Shown here: positions 18,378-28,748 of the stretch, piece after piece
How the letters are laid out: the number at the start of each line of letters is the position of its first letter
Position numbering within the stretch: the first letter of the stretch is position 1
Origin: Anaerolineales bacterium
Lineage (GTDB): Bacteria > Chloroflexota > Anaerolineae > Anaerolineales > UBA11858
Assembly: GCA_049644605.1 (NCBI GenBank)
Contig: JBARSF010000071.1
Span: forward strand, 38,943-102,942
DNA: 64,000 nucleotides
Reading direction: 5' to 3'
The notes under the pieces: model-generated
Told to the model about the DNA's origin: nothing
The model's database searches: none
Seen by the model: the letters and a program-made list of their open reading frames with translations, nothing else
Translations under genes and position numbers: made by a program

Positions 18378-20525
18378 TTATTCCGTAATAGGGATTGTAA
18401 ACGAAAAGATAGCTCCACCTTTAGGAAGATTTTCTACCCAAATCCGTCCCCCATGACCCTCAACAGCCAGTCTACAGAATGCTAACCCTAATCCCAAACC
18501 CTTGATTCTTTCATCTGGGTGAATCCGCGTATATTTATCAAAAATGCGGTCAATATAATCAGGATCAACGCCAGAGCCAGAATCAAGGACCCAAAATCGA
18601 GTGACATTGTCCTCCACTTTGGCTCCGAATTCGATCTTTCCCTTCGTTGGTGTGAATTTGATGGCATTTTGGAATAGGTTGATTAATACACGTTCGAGCA
18701 TATCCCTGTCAGCGGTGATGTGAGGAATATCTGGGGAGAGGTTAATAGTGACGGTTTGTTTTTTTGCATTTGCTTGGGTAATCAAAGCTTCTTTCGCATA
18801 ATTTATAAGCTGTTCCGGTTTGATGCGCTCCTTGTTGGTAATTGCTTGACCGCTTTCTAATCGGTTGATATCCAGTAGTGATTTGGTAAGGCGCTGGATA
18901 CGGACGGTTGATCGGTTGGCAATTTCAAACAAGGAATTTATTTCTGGATCGTAACCCTCTGTCAGCGATGCTTGGATCACATCAAGACTGGAGATCACAT
19001 TGGATAAAGGAGATCTCAGATCATGGAAAATCATTGATGTCAGGTCTTCCCGCAGCTGATCCAGATTTTTCCGTTCTGATATATCACGCAAGATCCACTG
19101 CAGACGGCATTGATTAGCGATTTGAATTTGGTGAACATTGACCAGGATGGGAATATCAGTTTCATCCTTGGTGAATAAAGTAGACTCATAACTGCTGAAA
19201 GAGTCTTCTATCAATTTTGAGTAATTCTCCCCAACGATATCCCAGTTGACATCATGGATATTGCTGATTGCCAATATTTTAAGTTCTTCCGGAGAATACT
19301 TACTGCTTTTAATGGTCCGCATATTGGTTTCAATGATATTTCCCAATAAATCAGTAATGATAATCGGATCTGCGCTATTTTCAAACAGGTCATAATAGCG
19401 GCTGTGAGCAACCTGGATATCCTCATACAGCTTTGCGTTCTGAATTGAGGAACCTGCCAGGCTTCCAATACCGGATAGAACCTGTAAGGAATCGCTTTCA
19501 AAATAACCATCGTAAGGATTGATCGCTTCCAGGACACCCAAAACTTTACCATGGAGGAATATGGGGGCAGCGACGATTGCGAAGGGAGAGATTTCCGGAT
19601 ACAGCTGATTGGTTTGCGAGAAGCGTTTATCCTCTGCCGGGTTTGGAATAATCTCCCCTTTACCATGTTCAGCAACCCAACCTGCAAATCCCTGACCGAT
19701 TCTTATTCTCTTCCCAACCAGGGCTGATCTCAGGTCAATCGTATTATGAATAGCAGCCTGATATTCTAGATAACCTTCCTCCTCATCGATTAAAGATAAA
19801 GTAACTGCCTCAACCTGGAGCGCATTACGGATTTCTTTTAGAATATTGTGAAGTACAGTGTCCAGTTTTAAGGTAGATGTCATGACGGTTGCGCTGTTTG
19901 CAAGCGCTGTCATCACTCGGGTTTGTCGTTGGCTTTCACCGAACAACTGGGCGTTTAACACGGCAATTCCTGCCTGGTCCGCTATCGCACGAACAAGAGC
20001 GATGTGATCTTCTTGAAGATAATTTGGTTCAGGGTGAACCAGGGTGATAACCCCAACCAGATCATTCCTGGCCATTATCGGGACAGCTACAACAGATTTT
20101 GCACCGGTTGCGCTTTCTTCATCATCAGGTCTCCGGAGCCAGCGTTCATCGGTGCTTGTATCGGGTATATTAACCGAGTCCCGATTCTTGACAACCCAGC
20201 CAGCGAGTCCGTTTTCAAGCGTGGATATCAGCTGTTCTGTTGTATGGTGAATAACTTGATCCTGAACAATAATGGCAGATTCTACAGGATTTTCACCCTC
20301 ATCCAGAATAATAATACTTCCCCGGATTGCTCCAATAGTTTTTATTGACAGAGAGAGTACACGTTCCAGGATTGAAGATAAATCCAGCGTTGTAGCAATT
20401 TCTCTACTGACGCGGTAGAGAAGCTCCAAGGAAGCTTTTTGATTTTCTCTCTGTGGTTGTTCTTTGATCGCTTTTTCTGTGGCCATTTCGGTGAACTCAC
20501 CACCAATTTTCTCGCCTAAATTCAT
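18378..20525 (-). CDS. Cytoplasmic sensor histidine kinase (GAF-GAF-PAS-HisKA-HATPase)
   Basis: Two GAF-like regions and a PAS-like region. H-box FHDLRSPL. N box NLFQNAIKFT. G boxes DSGSGV and GLGLGLAF. No adjacent response regulator. Confidence 0.9.
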   Translation of the reverse strand: MNLGEKIGGEFTEMATEKAIKEQPQRENQKASLELLYRVSREIATTLDLSSILERVLSLSIKTIGAIRGSIIILDEGENPVESAIIVQDQVIHHTTEQLISTLENGLAGWVVKNRDSVNIPDTSTDERWLRRPDDEESATGAKSVVAVPIMARNDLVGVITLVHPEPNYLQEDHIALVRAIADQAGIAVLNAQLFGESQRQTRVMTALANSATVMTSTLKLDTVLHNILKEIRNALQVEAVTLSLIDEEEGYLEYQAAIHNTIDLRSALVGKRIRIGQGFAGWVAEHGKGEIIPNPAEDKRFSQTNQLYPEISPFAIVAAPIFLHGKVLGVLEAINPYDGYFESDSLQVLSGIGSLAGSSIQNAKLYEDIQVAHSRYYDLFENSADPIIITDLLGNIIETNMRTIKSSKYSPEELKILAISNIHDVNWDIVGENYSKLIEDSFSSYESTLFTKDETDIPILVNVHQIQIANQCRLQWILRDISERKNLDQLREDLTSMIFHDLRSPLSNVISSLDVIQASLTEGYDPEINSLFEIANRSTVRIQRLTKSLLDINRLESGQAITNKERIKPEQLINYAKEALITQANAKKQTVTINLSPDIPHITADRDMLERVLINLFQNAIKFTPTKGKIEFGAKVEDNVTRFWVLDSGSGVDPDYIDRIFDKYTRIHPDERIKGLGLGLAFCRLAVEGHGGRIWVENLPKGGAIFSFTIPITE

Positions 20526-20858
20526 GTCTGAAATTATGTTAATCCGTCCTGAAAAATCCCCTCCTGGGAGAGTTTTTTCTTAAATCTTTATGATCTATTT
20601 TACTACCTATCATCCAAATGACTGTTTTGGACCAAAGTGGATCCTATCCTAACTATCATTAAAAACGATTTTACTGAGGAGCGTTAAGGAACAAGCTCTC
20701 AGATTTGTATGTTGTATCTGTAATGAAAAGACCTGGGTACTGTGCAGATGGCAGCTTGCCTGATTTTTATCAGAGTATAGCATAATTATAATGCCCCTGT
20801 ACTGGCGTTCACACTGGGCATCCAGGATTAACGGTATTGAGCCCCTTGTGGACTGGAT

Positions 20859-21854
20859 CTACCCCTTCTCTAAACGGGGCAGCTGTAACAGGAGATCCTC
20901 AAAAGTTAATTTTAGGTTTGCATTCTCTAGTAGCAAGTTCTGTGCCCGGCGGAAGTGGGCCAGAGTATCTCTGGCTGTCTTGAGATCAATTGTTTTTGCG
21001 ATATGATCAATTTCGCTTGTTCGATCAATATTCTGTGAAAGCGCTAGAGATTTTCCTGTCTTAAGGAGAATATCGTGCCACAGGGAAATCCAGGTGTTGA
21101 TTACATGCTGAACCATCAGGGAATCCTTCTCATATTGTGCAGCGTATTTAAAGCGTTCAACCGAGTTGCTCTGCAGGATATGCTGATGATCATTCAGCAG
21201 GGTTTCTCGAAGTTCTAAAGCAGCCGGATCCCGGTGATAGCGCAGTGCTATTTCTGGTTTTCCCCCTGAAATGTGAGCCAGGAATTTTGCTTGTTCTTTC
21301 GAGATGCCATAAAGCTGTTCAAGTCCCTCACTGGTGGTTGATAGCGGTACAGTATGGAGTTTGATTTCTTCACAGCGAGAGGTGATAGTTTCCAGAAGGG
21401 AATCCGCGGTTATTGCCGTCAGGATCAGAATAACATCTCCGGGAGGTTCCTCCAGTGTTTTTAATAAGGCATTCTGCGCCGGAGCATTGGCTTCCTCAAA
21501 ATTTAACAACAATCCAATTTTGCGGGATGCCTGATACGGTGTAAGTGAGAGCTGATGAATCAATTCCCGTATTTGGTCTATTTTAATCTGGGAACTATCC
21601 TCCTCGAGGACGATTGGGAATAGGTCAGGATATTCAAGGCGATCGATTTTTTTGCAGGTTTGGCAAACTTTGCAGGGAGTGCCTGGCTCGACTTGATCCG
21701 GGCAGTAGATCGTTTGAATAAAACGCACCGCGAGGTTCTTTTTACCAATCCCGGCGGGGCCGGTGATTAAGTACGCGTGGCGTAAGGAATTTTGAATGAT
21801 ATGTCCACGGAGAAGTTGGACTGCCCATTGATGTCCAATCAAGTTCCAAGTCAT
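20859..21854 (-). CDS. holB: DNA polymerase III delta' subunit
   Basis: HAYLITGPAGIGK Walker-like motif, Zn-module CKVCQTC, and SRC motif (ITSRC). Confidence 0.85.
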   Translation of the reverse strand: MTWNLIGHQWAVQLLRGHIIQNSLRHAYLITGPAGIGKKNLAVRFIQTIYCPDQVEPGTPCKVCQTCKKIDRLEYPDLFPIVLEEDSSQIKIDQIRELIHQLSLTPYQASRKIGLLLNFEEANAPAQNALLKTLEEPPGDVILILTAITADSLLETITSRCEEIKLHTVPLSTTSEGLEQLYGISKEQAKFLAHISGGKPEIALRYHRDPAALELRETLLNDHQHILQSNSVERFKYAAQYEKDSLMVQHVINTWISLWHDILLKTGKSLALSQNIDRTSEIDHIAKTIDLKTARDTLAHFRRAQNLLLENANLKLTFEDLLLQLPRLEKG

Positions 21855-21932
21855 GGATAAATTCTACGACAGGGCACTGATTTCCGCAATGTTGTTGACA
21901 TGTATCTGGCAACCCATTAGAATCAGCCCAGT

Positions 21933-24110
21933 ATGGAAATTCTGAAATCCTTAAATTCCCGCCAAATAAAAGCCGTTACCGCCCCTCCTGGACCTGTGCT
22001 GGTTCTGGCAGGACCAGGTTCTGGAAAAACACGGGTTTTAACGCACCGAACAGCCTATCTGATCGGTGAGCAGGGAATTCAGCCATATCATGTTATGGCA
22101 GTAACTTTTACAAATAAAGCTGCAACGGAAATGGGAGACCGGATTTCTGATCTGTTGGGGCATCATACCCAGGGGTTAACTCTGGGAACGTTCCATGCGA
22201 CATGTGCAAGGATTCTCCGCATTGAAGCTGAATACCTGCCGGTGACTTCCAACTACGTCATCTTTGACGCTGATGACCAGGTAAAAGTAGTCAAGCAGGT
22301 ACTTGAGGATTTAAGGAAAGAGAAACACTATCGCCCCCAAAGCGTGCATGCGGCTATCTCTGCTGCAAAAAACGAACTCTACCTGCCAGAGGATTTTCCC
22401 ATCCAAACTTATCGGGATGAAGTAGTCTCCCGGGTGTATGAACAGTATCAAAAGACCCTGCTAGCCAGTAACGCACTGGATTTTGATGATCTGTTATTGT
22501 GGATGGCTATTTTGCTATCTGATAATGATAAGATCCGTGAAAAATATGCTTCCCGGTATCACCACATCCTGGTTGACGAGTTCCAGGATACCAATATGGC
22601 GCAGTACACTTTATTAAAACACCTGGCATCTCGACATCGAAATATATTTGTCGTGGGAGATTCGGATCAATCCATTTATCGCTGGCGGGGAGCTGACTAC
22701 AGGAATGTGCGTAGGTTTGAAGAGGATTTTTCCGATGCTGAAGTAATTTTATTGGAACAAAATTACCGTTCCACCCAGAATATCCTGGATACCGCGATGT
22801 CCATCATAGATCAAAATACTCATCGGACGCCCAAGAACCTGTTTACAGAACGTGGAACAGGAGAGAAGATTTCTATACGGGAAGCCTACGATGAACGGGA
22901 ACAAGCCCAGTTTGTGGTTGAGATCATCAATCAACAAGTATCTAATAAACATGCGACTGCTTCCGATTTTGCGGTAATGTACAGGACCAATGCCCAATCC
23001 CGATCGTTGGAAGAAGCTTTTAATTCAGCAGGTCTGCCGTATAAGCTGGTCGGGGCCCAACGCTTTTACGGCCGCAGGGAAGTGAAGGATATCATCGCTT
23101 ACTTGCGTTTGGTGGCTAACCCGGATGATTTAATCAGCTTAAACCGTGTGATAAATACACCCAGGCGTAAGATTGGAACCAAAACATTCGCAGATTTATT
23201 AACGGTTGCCCAGAAATTTGAAATTACTCCCGGAAACCTCCTCCTCAGGCTTGCGGAAGAATCTCCACCAGAACTGGATTTATTTACAAATGCCGGGGGA
23301 AAGCGGTTGATGGGATTCGGACGTTTATTGAATAAATGGAGAACTGAGTTTGAAACTCTACCACCGATTGAGATTGTTGATTTGATCCTAGGAGATATTA
23401 ATTACCAAGCCTACATTGAGGATGGCAGCGAGGATGGATACGAACGCTGGGAAAATATTGAAGAACTTAGAAGATTAGCATCCGAGTATCAAACAGTTGG
23501 TTTATTTTCTTTCCTTGAGCGTGTAGCACTTGTTTCCGATCAGGATACATTGGATCGGGACTTAGAAGTTCCCACATTATTAACCCTACACGCCTCTAAA
23601 GGTTTAGAGTTTGGACAAGTAATCATTATTGGATTAAATGAAAATATCCTGCCGCATCAAAGATCCTATGATAAACCTGAAGCGATGGAAGAAGAAAGAA
23701 GATTGTTTTATGTAGGAATAACCAGGGCGAAAGACCGGCTATACCTTCTTCATTCTCTAAACCGTTCCGGTTATGGAAATTTTGAGCCGCTGGAAGCATC
23801 CCGCTATTATCGGGATATACCACTGGAACTACGGGCGGAGGATGATCTTCCTTATTACATTCCAGCCAGTATTAAAACTTCCCAGGTTATTCAACCCTGG
23901 AAAGATCTGAAAAAAGAATCAGCAAAGGATCAAAAACCTGTGAGTATGTACCACCCAGGTCAAAAAGTGGAACATTCCAAATGGGGAGAAGGATTGGTGT
24001 TAAATAGCATTCTTAAAGATGATGATGAAATTGTGGATGTTTTTTTTGAGGGTGTGGGCAAGAAAAAACTTATCGCATCCCTGGCAGATCTAAAAATTAT
24101 TGATCCCTAG
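21933..24110 (+). CDS. pcrA: ATP-dependent DNA helicase PcrA/UvrD
   Basis: SF1 motifs: AGPGSGKT, VDEFQDTN, QNYRST, TLHASKGLEF, VGITRA. 725 aa. Confidence 0.93.
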   Translation: MEILKSLNSRQIKAVTAPPGPVLVLAGPGSGKTRVLTHRTAYLIGEQGIQPYHVMAVTFTNKAATEMGDRISDLLGHHTQGLTLGTFHATCARILRIEAEYLPVTSNYVIFDADDQVKVVKQVLEDLRKEKHYRPQSVHAAISAAKNELYLPEDFPIQTYRDEVVSRVYEQYQKTLLASNALDFDDLLLWMAILLSDNDKIREKYASRYHHILVDEFQDTNMAQYTLLKHLASRHRNIFVVGDSDQSIYRWRGADYRNVRRFEEDFSDAEVILLEQNYRSTQNILDTAMSIIDQNTHRTPKNLFTERGTGEKISIREAYDEREQAQFVVEIINQQVSNKHATASDFAVMYRTNAQSRSLEEAFNSAGLPYKLVGAQRFYGRREVKDIIAYLRLVANPDDLISLNRVINTPRRKIGTKTFADLLTVAQKFEITPGNLLLRLAEESPPELDLFTNAGGKRLMGFGRLLNKWRTEFETLPPIEIVDLILGDINYQAYIEDGSEDGYERWENIEELRRLASEYQTVGLFSFLERVALVSDQDTLDRDLEVPTLLTLHASKGLEFGQVIIIGLNENILPHQRSYDKPEAMEEERRLFYVGITRAKDRLYLLHSLNRSGYGNFEPLEASRYYRDIPLELRAEDDLPYYIPASIKTSQVIQPWKDLKKESAKDQKPVSMYHPGQKVEHSKWGEGLVLNSILKDDDEIVDVFFEGVGKKKLIASLADLKIIDP

Positions 24111-24165
24111 AGAATGGTAAAATAATTTTGGATTTCCCTCGTTTGATTGGAAATGGATAAAGTAT

Positions 24166-24660
24166 ATGGCTGTTATTGAAAAAGGTTCTTTTGAAGTGAT
24201 CAGCCGTAGTCCAAACCAGACCCGCCGGATTGGGATGCGGTTGGGTGAATTGCTGCTTCCCGGAGATGTTATTGGATTGGAAGGCAACCTGGGTGCTGGA
24301 AAGACCACCATGGCCCAGGGTATTGCTTCTGGTTGGGGGTCCTATGACTCGGTATCCAGCCCAACCTACGTCTTGGTTAATGTGTACCGGCGTTTAGATC
24401 AAAATCAGTTGTTTCACCTGGATGCCTTCCGCCTGAACAGTCCCGACGAAGCAGTTGATCTGGATATTGATGCCATGCTCGACCAGGGTCCACTTCTGGT
24501 GGAGTGGGCGGACAAGATTAAAGATGCTTTACCGGATGAATTTTTATGGATCAACATGCGATTGATTAATGATGAGCAGAGAGATTTTATTGTTCATGCA
24601 CGAGGTGACCGGCACAAGCAGCTGCTCGAGCGATTCAAGGAAGATATTTATGGAGCTTAG
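24166..24660 (+). CDS. tsaE: tRNA t6A biosynthesis ATPase TsaE
   Basis: GNLGAGKTT P-loop, SPTY motif and HLDAFRL motif. ~160 aa. Confidence 0.88.
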   Translation: MAVIEKGSFEVISRSPNQTRRIGMRLGELLLPGDVIGLEGNLGAGKTTMAQGIASGWGSYDSVSSPTYVLVNVYRRLDQNQLFHLDAFRLNSPDEAVDLDIDAMLDQGPLLVEWADKIKDALPDEFLWINMRLINDEQRDFIVHARGDRHKQLLERFKEDIYGA

Positions 24661-24662
24661 GC

Positions 24663-25328
24663 ATGTTACTGGCTGTTGATACCTCAACCCAAACTGTGGG
24701 AATCGCGTTATTTGACGGGTCCCAGATTCTATGTGAAGAGAGCTGGATTTCCCGCCGGTATCATACTGTAGAATTGGCAAATGCTGTTCAGTCGAACCTT
24801 TCCCGGGCGGGGTTGTCTGTCGCGGATTTAGAAGTGCTGGGTGTAGCAATCGGTCCAGGATCTTTTACAGGCCTTCGAATTGGCCTGGCGTTAATCAAAG
24901 GAATCGCCTATACAAACAAATTACCAGTAATAGGCATACCGACGCTCGATATTACCGCCCGAGCTGTCCCAGTCCAGGAGATGCGGTTGGCAGCTGTTCT
25001 CCAGGCAGGCAGGAATCGATTGGCTGTAGGTTGGTATATTGCCAAGGATGGTGACTGGGTATCTGATGGTGCTCTAGAAAATCTAACCCTGAACGAATTG
25101 CTGGGGAAAATCGATCAACCCTGTATTCTGACTGGTGAATTATCTCAAGAAATCCGAGATAGCGTTGGGGACAATGAGTTGATTATCACCCCCCCTCCCA
25201 CATTAGCCATGCGCAGTCCAAAATATTTAGCCGAATTGGCCTGGGGGCGTTGGCAGACAGGGGATGTAGACGATGTTCTTTGCCTTTCTCCAACATATTT
25301 ACATAAAGGGGACCCGATCCCGGGATAG
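24663..25328 (+). CDS. tsaB: tRNA t6A biosynthesis protein TsaB
   Basis: LAVDTST N-terminus and GPGSFTGLRIG motif. Immediately follows tsaE. Confidence 0.88.
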   Translation: MLLAVDTSTQTVGIALFDGSQILCEESWISRRYHTVELANAVQSNLSRAGLSVADLEVLGVAIGPGSFTGLRIGLALIKGIAYTNKLPVIGIPTLDITARAVPVQEMRLAAVLQAGRNRLAVGWYIAKDGDWVSDGALENLTLNELLGKIDQPCILTGELSQEIRDSVGDNELIITPPPTLAMRSPKYLAELAWGRWQTGDVDDVLCLSPTYLHKGDPIPG

Positions 25329-25358
25329 ATCCCTATAATGAAGGAGTAAAATTCCCGA

Positions 25359-25988
25359 ATGAATCAGAACCAGGTGCTTAAAGAAATAGCTGATGAAGTT
25401 GCCAGCTGTAATAAATGCGAACTTTTTCACTCTCGTGAGAAAGGTGTGCCGGGTGAAGGCCCATCAAATGCAGAAATCATGTTTATTGGCGAAGGCCCAG
25501 GGTTTCATGAAAATATGCAGGGTAGACCCTTTGTGGGAGCTGCCGGTGATTTATTGGTAGAACTATTGCAGGAAATTGGATTAAAGAGAGAGGATGTTTT
25601 TATTACGAATGTTGTTAAATGCAGACCACCCGGAAACCGGGATCCAGCACCGGAAGAATTAATGGCTTGCAGTCCATATTTAGAGCGGCAGCTTCAAGCA
25701 ATCAATCCTAAAGTGATTGTCACCCTGGGACGCTTTTCGATGGCCAGGTTTATCCCCCATGCGAAAATCAGTGAGATACATGGGAATCCGATCCAGGTTA
25801 AGGGAAAATTAGTGGTACCGTTTTATCATCCAGCGGCAGCACTTCATCGTCCCTCATTACGGGCTGATGTTGAAAAGGATTTCGCCGCTCTTCCAGAATT
25901 AATCAAGAATGCTGATCAAGCTCCCTCGATCCAGGAGGAAGCGCCTCCCGAAGAGAATAACCAGGCAGAGCAGCTTAGCCTGTTTTAA
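25359..25988 (+). CDS. Family 4 uracil-DNA glycosylase
   Basis: CxxC near the N-terminus (CNKCELF), GEGPG motif, and HPAA near the C-terminus. Confidence 0.88.
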   Translation: MNQNQVLKEIADEVASCNKCELFHSREKGVPGEGPSNAEIMFIGEGPGFHENMQGRPFVGAAGDLLVELLQEIGLKREDVFITNVVKCRPPGNRDPAPEELMACSPYLERQLQAINPKVIVTLGRFSMARFIPHAKISEIHGNPIQVKGKLVVPFYHPAAALHRPSLRADVEKDFAALPELIKNADQAPSIQEEAPPEENNQAEQLSLF

Positions 25989-26015
25989 GGATGGATGGTT
26001 TTAATTGGAGATTCC

Positions 26016-27335
26016 ATGGTGAAAAAGAAGAATGGTTTAATAAAGAAATTAAATGATCGCTCAGCCAGAGTAGTCATCTTGGGTTTGGGATATGTTGGTT
26101 TACCGCTCGCGGTAGTGTTAGCAGAAGCTGGATATCATGTAACTGGTATCGACCCGAACCAGGAAAAAATCAATTTACTGAATCAGGGAATCAGTTATAT
26201 CAATGATGTAGATTCAGGGGTAGTAAAGAGACTTACAGCGCAAAAGTTACTACAGGCTACCAGTGATTTTTCTGTGGTTGCTGAAGCTGATGCGGTAAGC
26301 ATCTGTGTCCCAACACCTCTTCGCAAAACCAGAGACCCGGATTTATCCTATATTGTTGAGGTTACGGAATCGATAGCGCCGTTTATCCATTCGGATATGG
26401 TCGTTGTCCTGGAATCTACGACCTATCCAGGCACAACGCGGGAATTAGTTCTGCCAAAATTGATAAAGGAAGGGGAACTAATAATTGGTCATGACTTTTT
26501 CCTGGCTTTCTCACCTGAAAGAGTAGACCCCGGGCGGGAGGATTGGACCACCATCAATACCCCAAAAGTAGTGGGTGGGATCACTCCTGCCTGTACTGAG
26601 ATTGCCGCTGCCTATTATGAGGGGGCGATGGAAAATGTTGTCCGGGTTTCCACGGCAGAAATAGCCGAAATGACCAAATTACTTGAGAACACTTTTCGAA
26701 TGGTGAATATTGGTTTGGTAAATGAAATGGCAATCATGTGTGACCGGATGGGAATTGATGTCTGGGAAGTGATTGATGCAGCAGCAACAAAACCATTTGG
26801 GTTTATGAAATTCACCCCCGGTCCCGGTTTGGGCGGACACTGCATTCCTATTGATCCATTGTTCCTGTCCTGGAAACTAAAATCATTAAACTATACTGCC
26901 CGATTTATTGACCTGGCATCAGAAATTAATACCGGTATGCCCCGCTACGTCGTGGGTAAAATTCAAGCTGCATTAAATGAACGCCAGATCGCATTAAATA
27001 GCAGCCGCATCCTGGTTCTGGGTGTAGCGTATAAACCGGATATTGATGATTTGAGGGAATCCCCTGCTTTGGATGTAATCGGTTTGCTCCAACAACAGGG
27101 AGCTGAAGTCCTTTACCATGATCCCTTTATTCCAAATATAGCAGATGACAAGATTAAATTATCCAGTGTCCCAGATTTGATGGAGGTTGTGAAAAATGCT
27201 GATTGTGTGGTGATCGTTACCAATCACAGCCAGTACGATTATCAAGAAATCTATCAACAAGCCCGTTGTGTAATGGATGCCAGGAATGCTTTAGGGGCGA
27301 TCGGGAAAGATGACCCGAAAGTGACCCGGTTGTAA
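26016..27335 (+). CDS. Nucleotide-sugar dehydrogenase (UDP-glucose/GDP-mannose dehydrogenase family, WecC/TviB-like)
   Basis: GLGYVGLP Rossmann motif and catalytic-Cys region GGHCIP. ATG 26016 has GGAG 5 nt upstream; the ORF also allows 25995. Confidence 0.88.
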   Translation: MVKKKNGLIKKLNDRSARVVILGLGYVGLPLAVVLAEAGYHVTGIDPNQEKINLLNQGISYINDVDSGVVKRLTAQKLLQATSDFSVVAEADAVSICVPTPLRKTRDPDLSYIVEVTESIAPFIHSDMVVVLESTTYPGTTRELVLPKLIKEGELIIGHDFFLAFSPERVDPGREDWTTINTPKVVGGITPACTEIAAAYYEGAMENVVRVSTAEIAEMTKLLENTFRMVNIGLVNEMAIMCDRMGIDVWEVIDAAATKPFGFMKFTPGPGLGGHCIPIDPLFLSWKLKSLNYTARFIDLASEINTGMPRYVVGKIQAALNERQIALNSSRILVLGVAYKPDIDDLRESPALDVIGLLQQQGAEVLYHDPFIPNIADDKIKLSSVPDLMEVVKNADCVVIVTNHSQYDYQEIYQQARCVMDARNALGAIGKDDPKVTRL

Positions 27336-27358
27336 TTAGGCTCCATTCAGGATATGCA

Positions 27359-28336
27359 ATGAAAAAATATTTAATCACTGGCGCGGCAGGTTTTATCGCT
27401 TCAGTGGTATCGGAAATGCTTTTGGATCAAGGCGCGGAAGTTGTTGGCATCGATGATATGAATCATGCCTATGATGTCCGTATGAAAGAGTATCGTTTGT
27501 CCAAGCTAAGGGAATATCCGGCGTTTTCATTTATTAAACATGATGTTGGCGGCAGGGATTTGCTGGATCTACCCCAGCTCAGCGGACAGGGATTTGAGGC
27601 GGTAATTAACTTAGCTGCCCGGGCTGGGGTTCGAGATAGCCTCCAGGACCCCTGGGTATATTTGAATACCAATGCGAATGGTACTTTAAACCTGCTGGAA
27701 TTATGCCGGCGGGAGGAAATTTTCAAGTTCGTTTTGGCATCAACCTCCAGCATCTATGGGGCAGATGCACCACTGCCAACTCCTGAAACGTGCCCGAGTG
27801 ATAAGCCCCTCCAGGCCTACGCTGCCAGTAAAAAAGCGGCCGAAACAATGGCTTATGCATATCATTATCTTTACGATATTGATGTGTCCGTTGTCCGTTA
27901 TTTTACGGTTTATGGTCCTGCTGGTCGGCCGGATATGGTAATGTTCCGATACGTAAAATGGATCCAGGAGGAAATGCCCGTTCATCTTAATGGAGATGGG
28001 GATCAATCCCGGGGATTCACTTATGTGGATGATATTGCGCGGGGAACCATATCCGCATTAAAACCAATCGGGTACGAGATTATTAATCTAGGCGGACATG
28101 AGGTAATCACCATCAATGAGCTGATTTCTATTTTAGAGAAGAAGATAGGAAAACAAGCAGAAATTGTGTTTCACCCCAGACACCCGGCAGATATGATGAA
28201 CAGTCAGGCGGATGTCAGTAAAGCCAAATCACTCTTAGATTGGAACCCGCAGATTTCTCTCCAAGAGGGAATTGGATTATTGGTTGATTGGTATCAACAG
28301 GAACGCTCCTGGGCGAAAGACATTCAAACTGAGTAG
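27359..28336 (+). CDS. NAD-dependent nucleotide-sugar epimerase (UDP-uronate 4-epimerase-like)
   Basis: TGAAGFIAS Rossmann motif and YAASKKAAE catalytic YxxxK. Follows the dehydrogenase, as in TviB-TviC type pairs. Confidence 0.8.
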   Translation: MKKYLITGAAGFIASVVSEMLLDQGAEVVGIDDMNHAYDVRMKEYRLSKLREYPAFSFIKHDVGGRDLLDLPQLSGQGFEAVINLAARAGVRDSLQDPWVYLNTNANGTLNLLELCRREEIFKFVLASTSSIYGADAPLPTPETCPSDKPLQAYAASKKAAETMAYAYHYLYDIDVSVVRYFTVYGPAGRPDMVMFRYVKWIQEEMPVHLNGDGDQSRGFTYVDDIARGTISALKPIGYEIINLGGHEVITINELISILEKKIGKQAEIVFHPRHPADMMNSQADVSKAKSLLDWNPQISLQEGIGLLVDWYQQERSWAKDIQTE

Positions 28337-28342
28337 AAGCGT

Positions 28343-28372
28343 AAGGCAAAAAAAAGATAATTTGCCTTTTTT
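28343..28372 (+). terminator. Intrinsic terminator
   Basis: AAGGCAAA (28343-28350) pairs with TTTGCCTT (28361-28368), followed by TTTT. Confidence 0.6.
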
Positions 28373-28375
28373 GTA

Positions 28376-28607
28376 ATGGGATCCAGAGATAATGAGGTTA
28401 TGTTAATGGAACAGGCGATACCCCAGAAAAGGGAAAATTATATCGGGGTTTTGGATACAATAAGGGGGGTTTTTTGCTTTCTGGGTCTATTATGGCCATT
28501 TAAAGAATGCTTCCAAAGGGAAAGATGTGCTCTGGGGATCTCCGAAACTGGCAGTGGACGATTTTATGCTGCTGTCTGGCTTTCTGATGGTGTACCATTG
28601 GAAGTAA
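28376..28607 (+). pseudogene. Decayed N-terminal fragment of an acyltransferase-3 family O-acyltransferase
   Basis: The ORF frame gives ...ENYIGVLDTIRGVF (LDxxRG motif). The +1 frame then continues FWVYYGHL...KLAVDDFMLLSGFLMVYHWK* (VDxFFxLSGF motif) at family-typical spacing. The frame break maps to a G6T6 tract at 28464-28475. Confidence 0.45.
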
Positions 28608-28748
28608 TGGATATGGATACCTTGTTGATTTACCACCGCCATTTTCGCATAAAGAATGGCCAGTTAAAAGGACATATATTGTTGAAAATCCCGGCTGTTC
28701 CGAAGAAGGATTTGACTATTCAGGTGTTCCAGATCAGAGGTTGGGAAA

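Noticed and set aside
19211-19687. Long antisense or nested ORFs inside strongly supported genes, for example 19211..19687, 62173..62658, 3977..4414, 8691..9095, 20004..20348 and 47965..48306.
   Set aside because: Each lies entirely within a gene with clear family motifs, antisense to it or in another frame of the same strand. Their translations are low-complexity with no motifs, so they are treated as shadow ORFs.
20526-21932. Replication origin at the minus-to-plus gene-orientation switch (holB/pcrA divergence at about 21.9 kb).
   Set aside because: Reading 20526-20858 and 21855-21932, I found only isolated weak DnaA-box matches of 7/9 or less. No dnaA or dnaN is nearby, and I could not compute GC skew. 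The orientation switch alone is insufficient.
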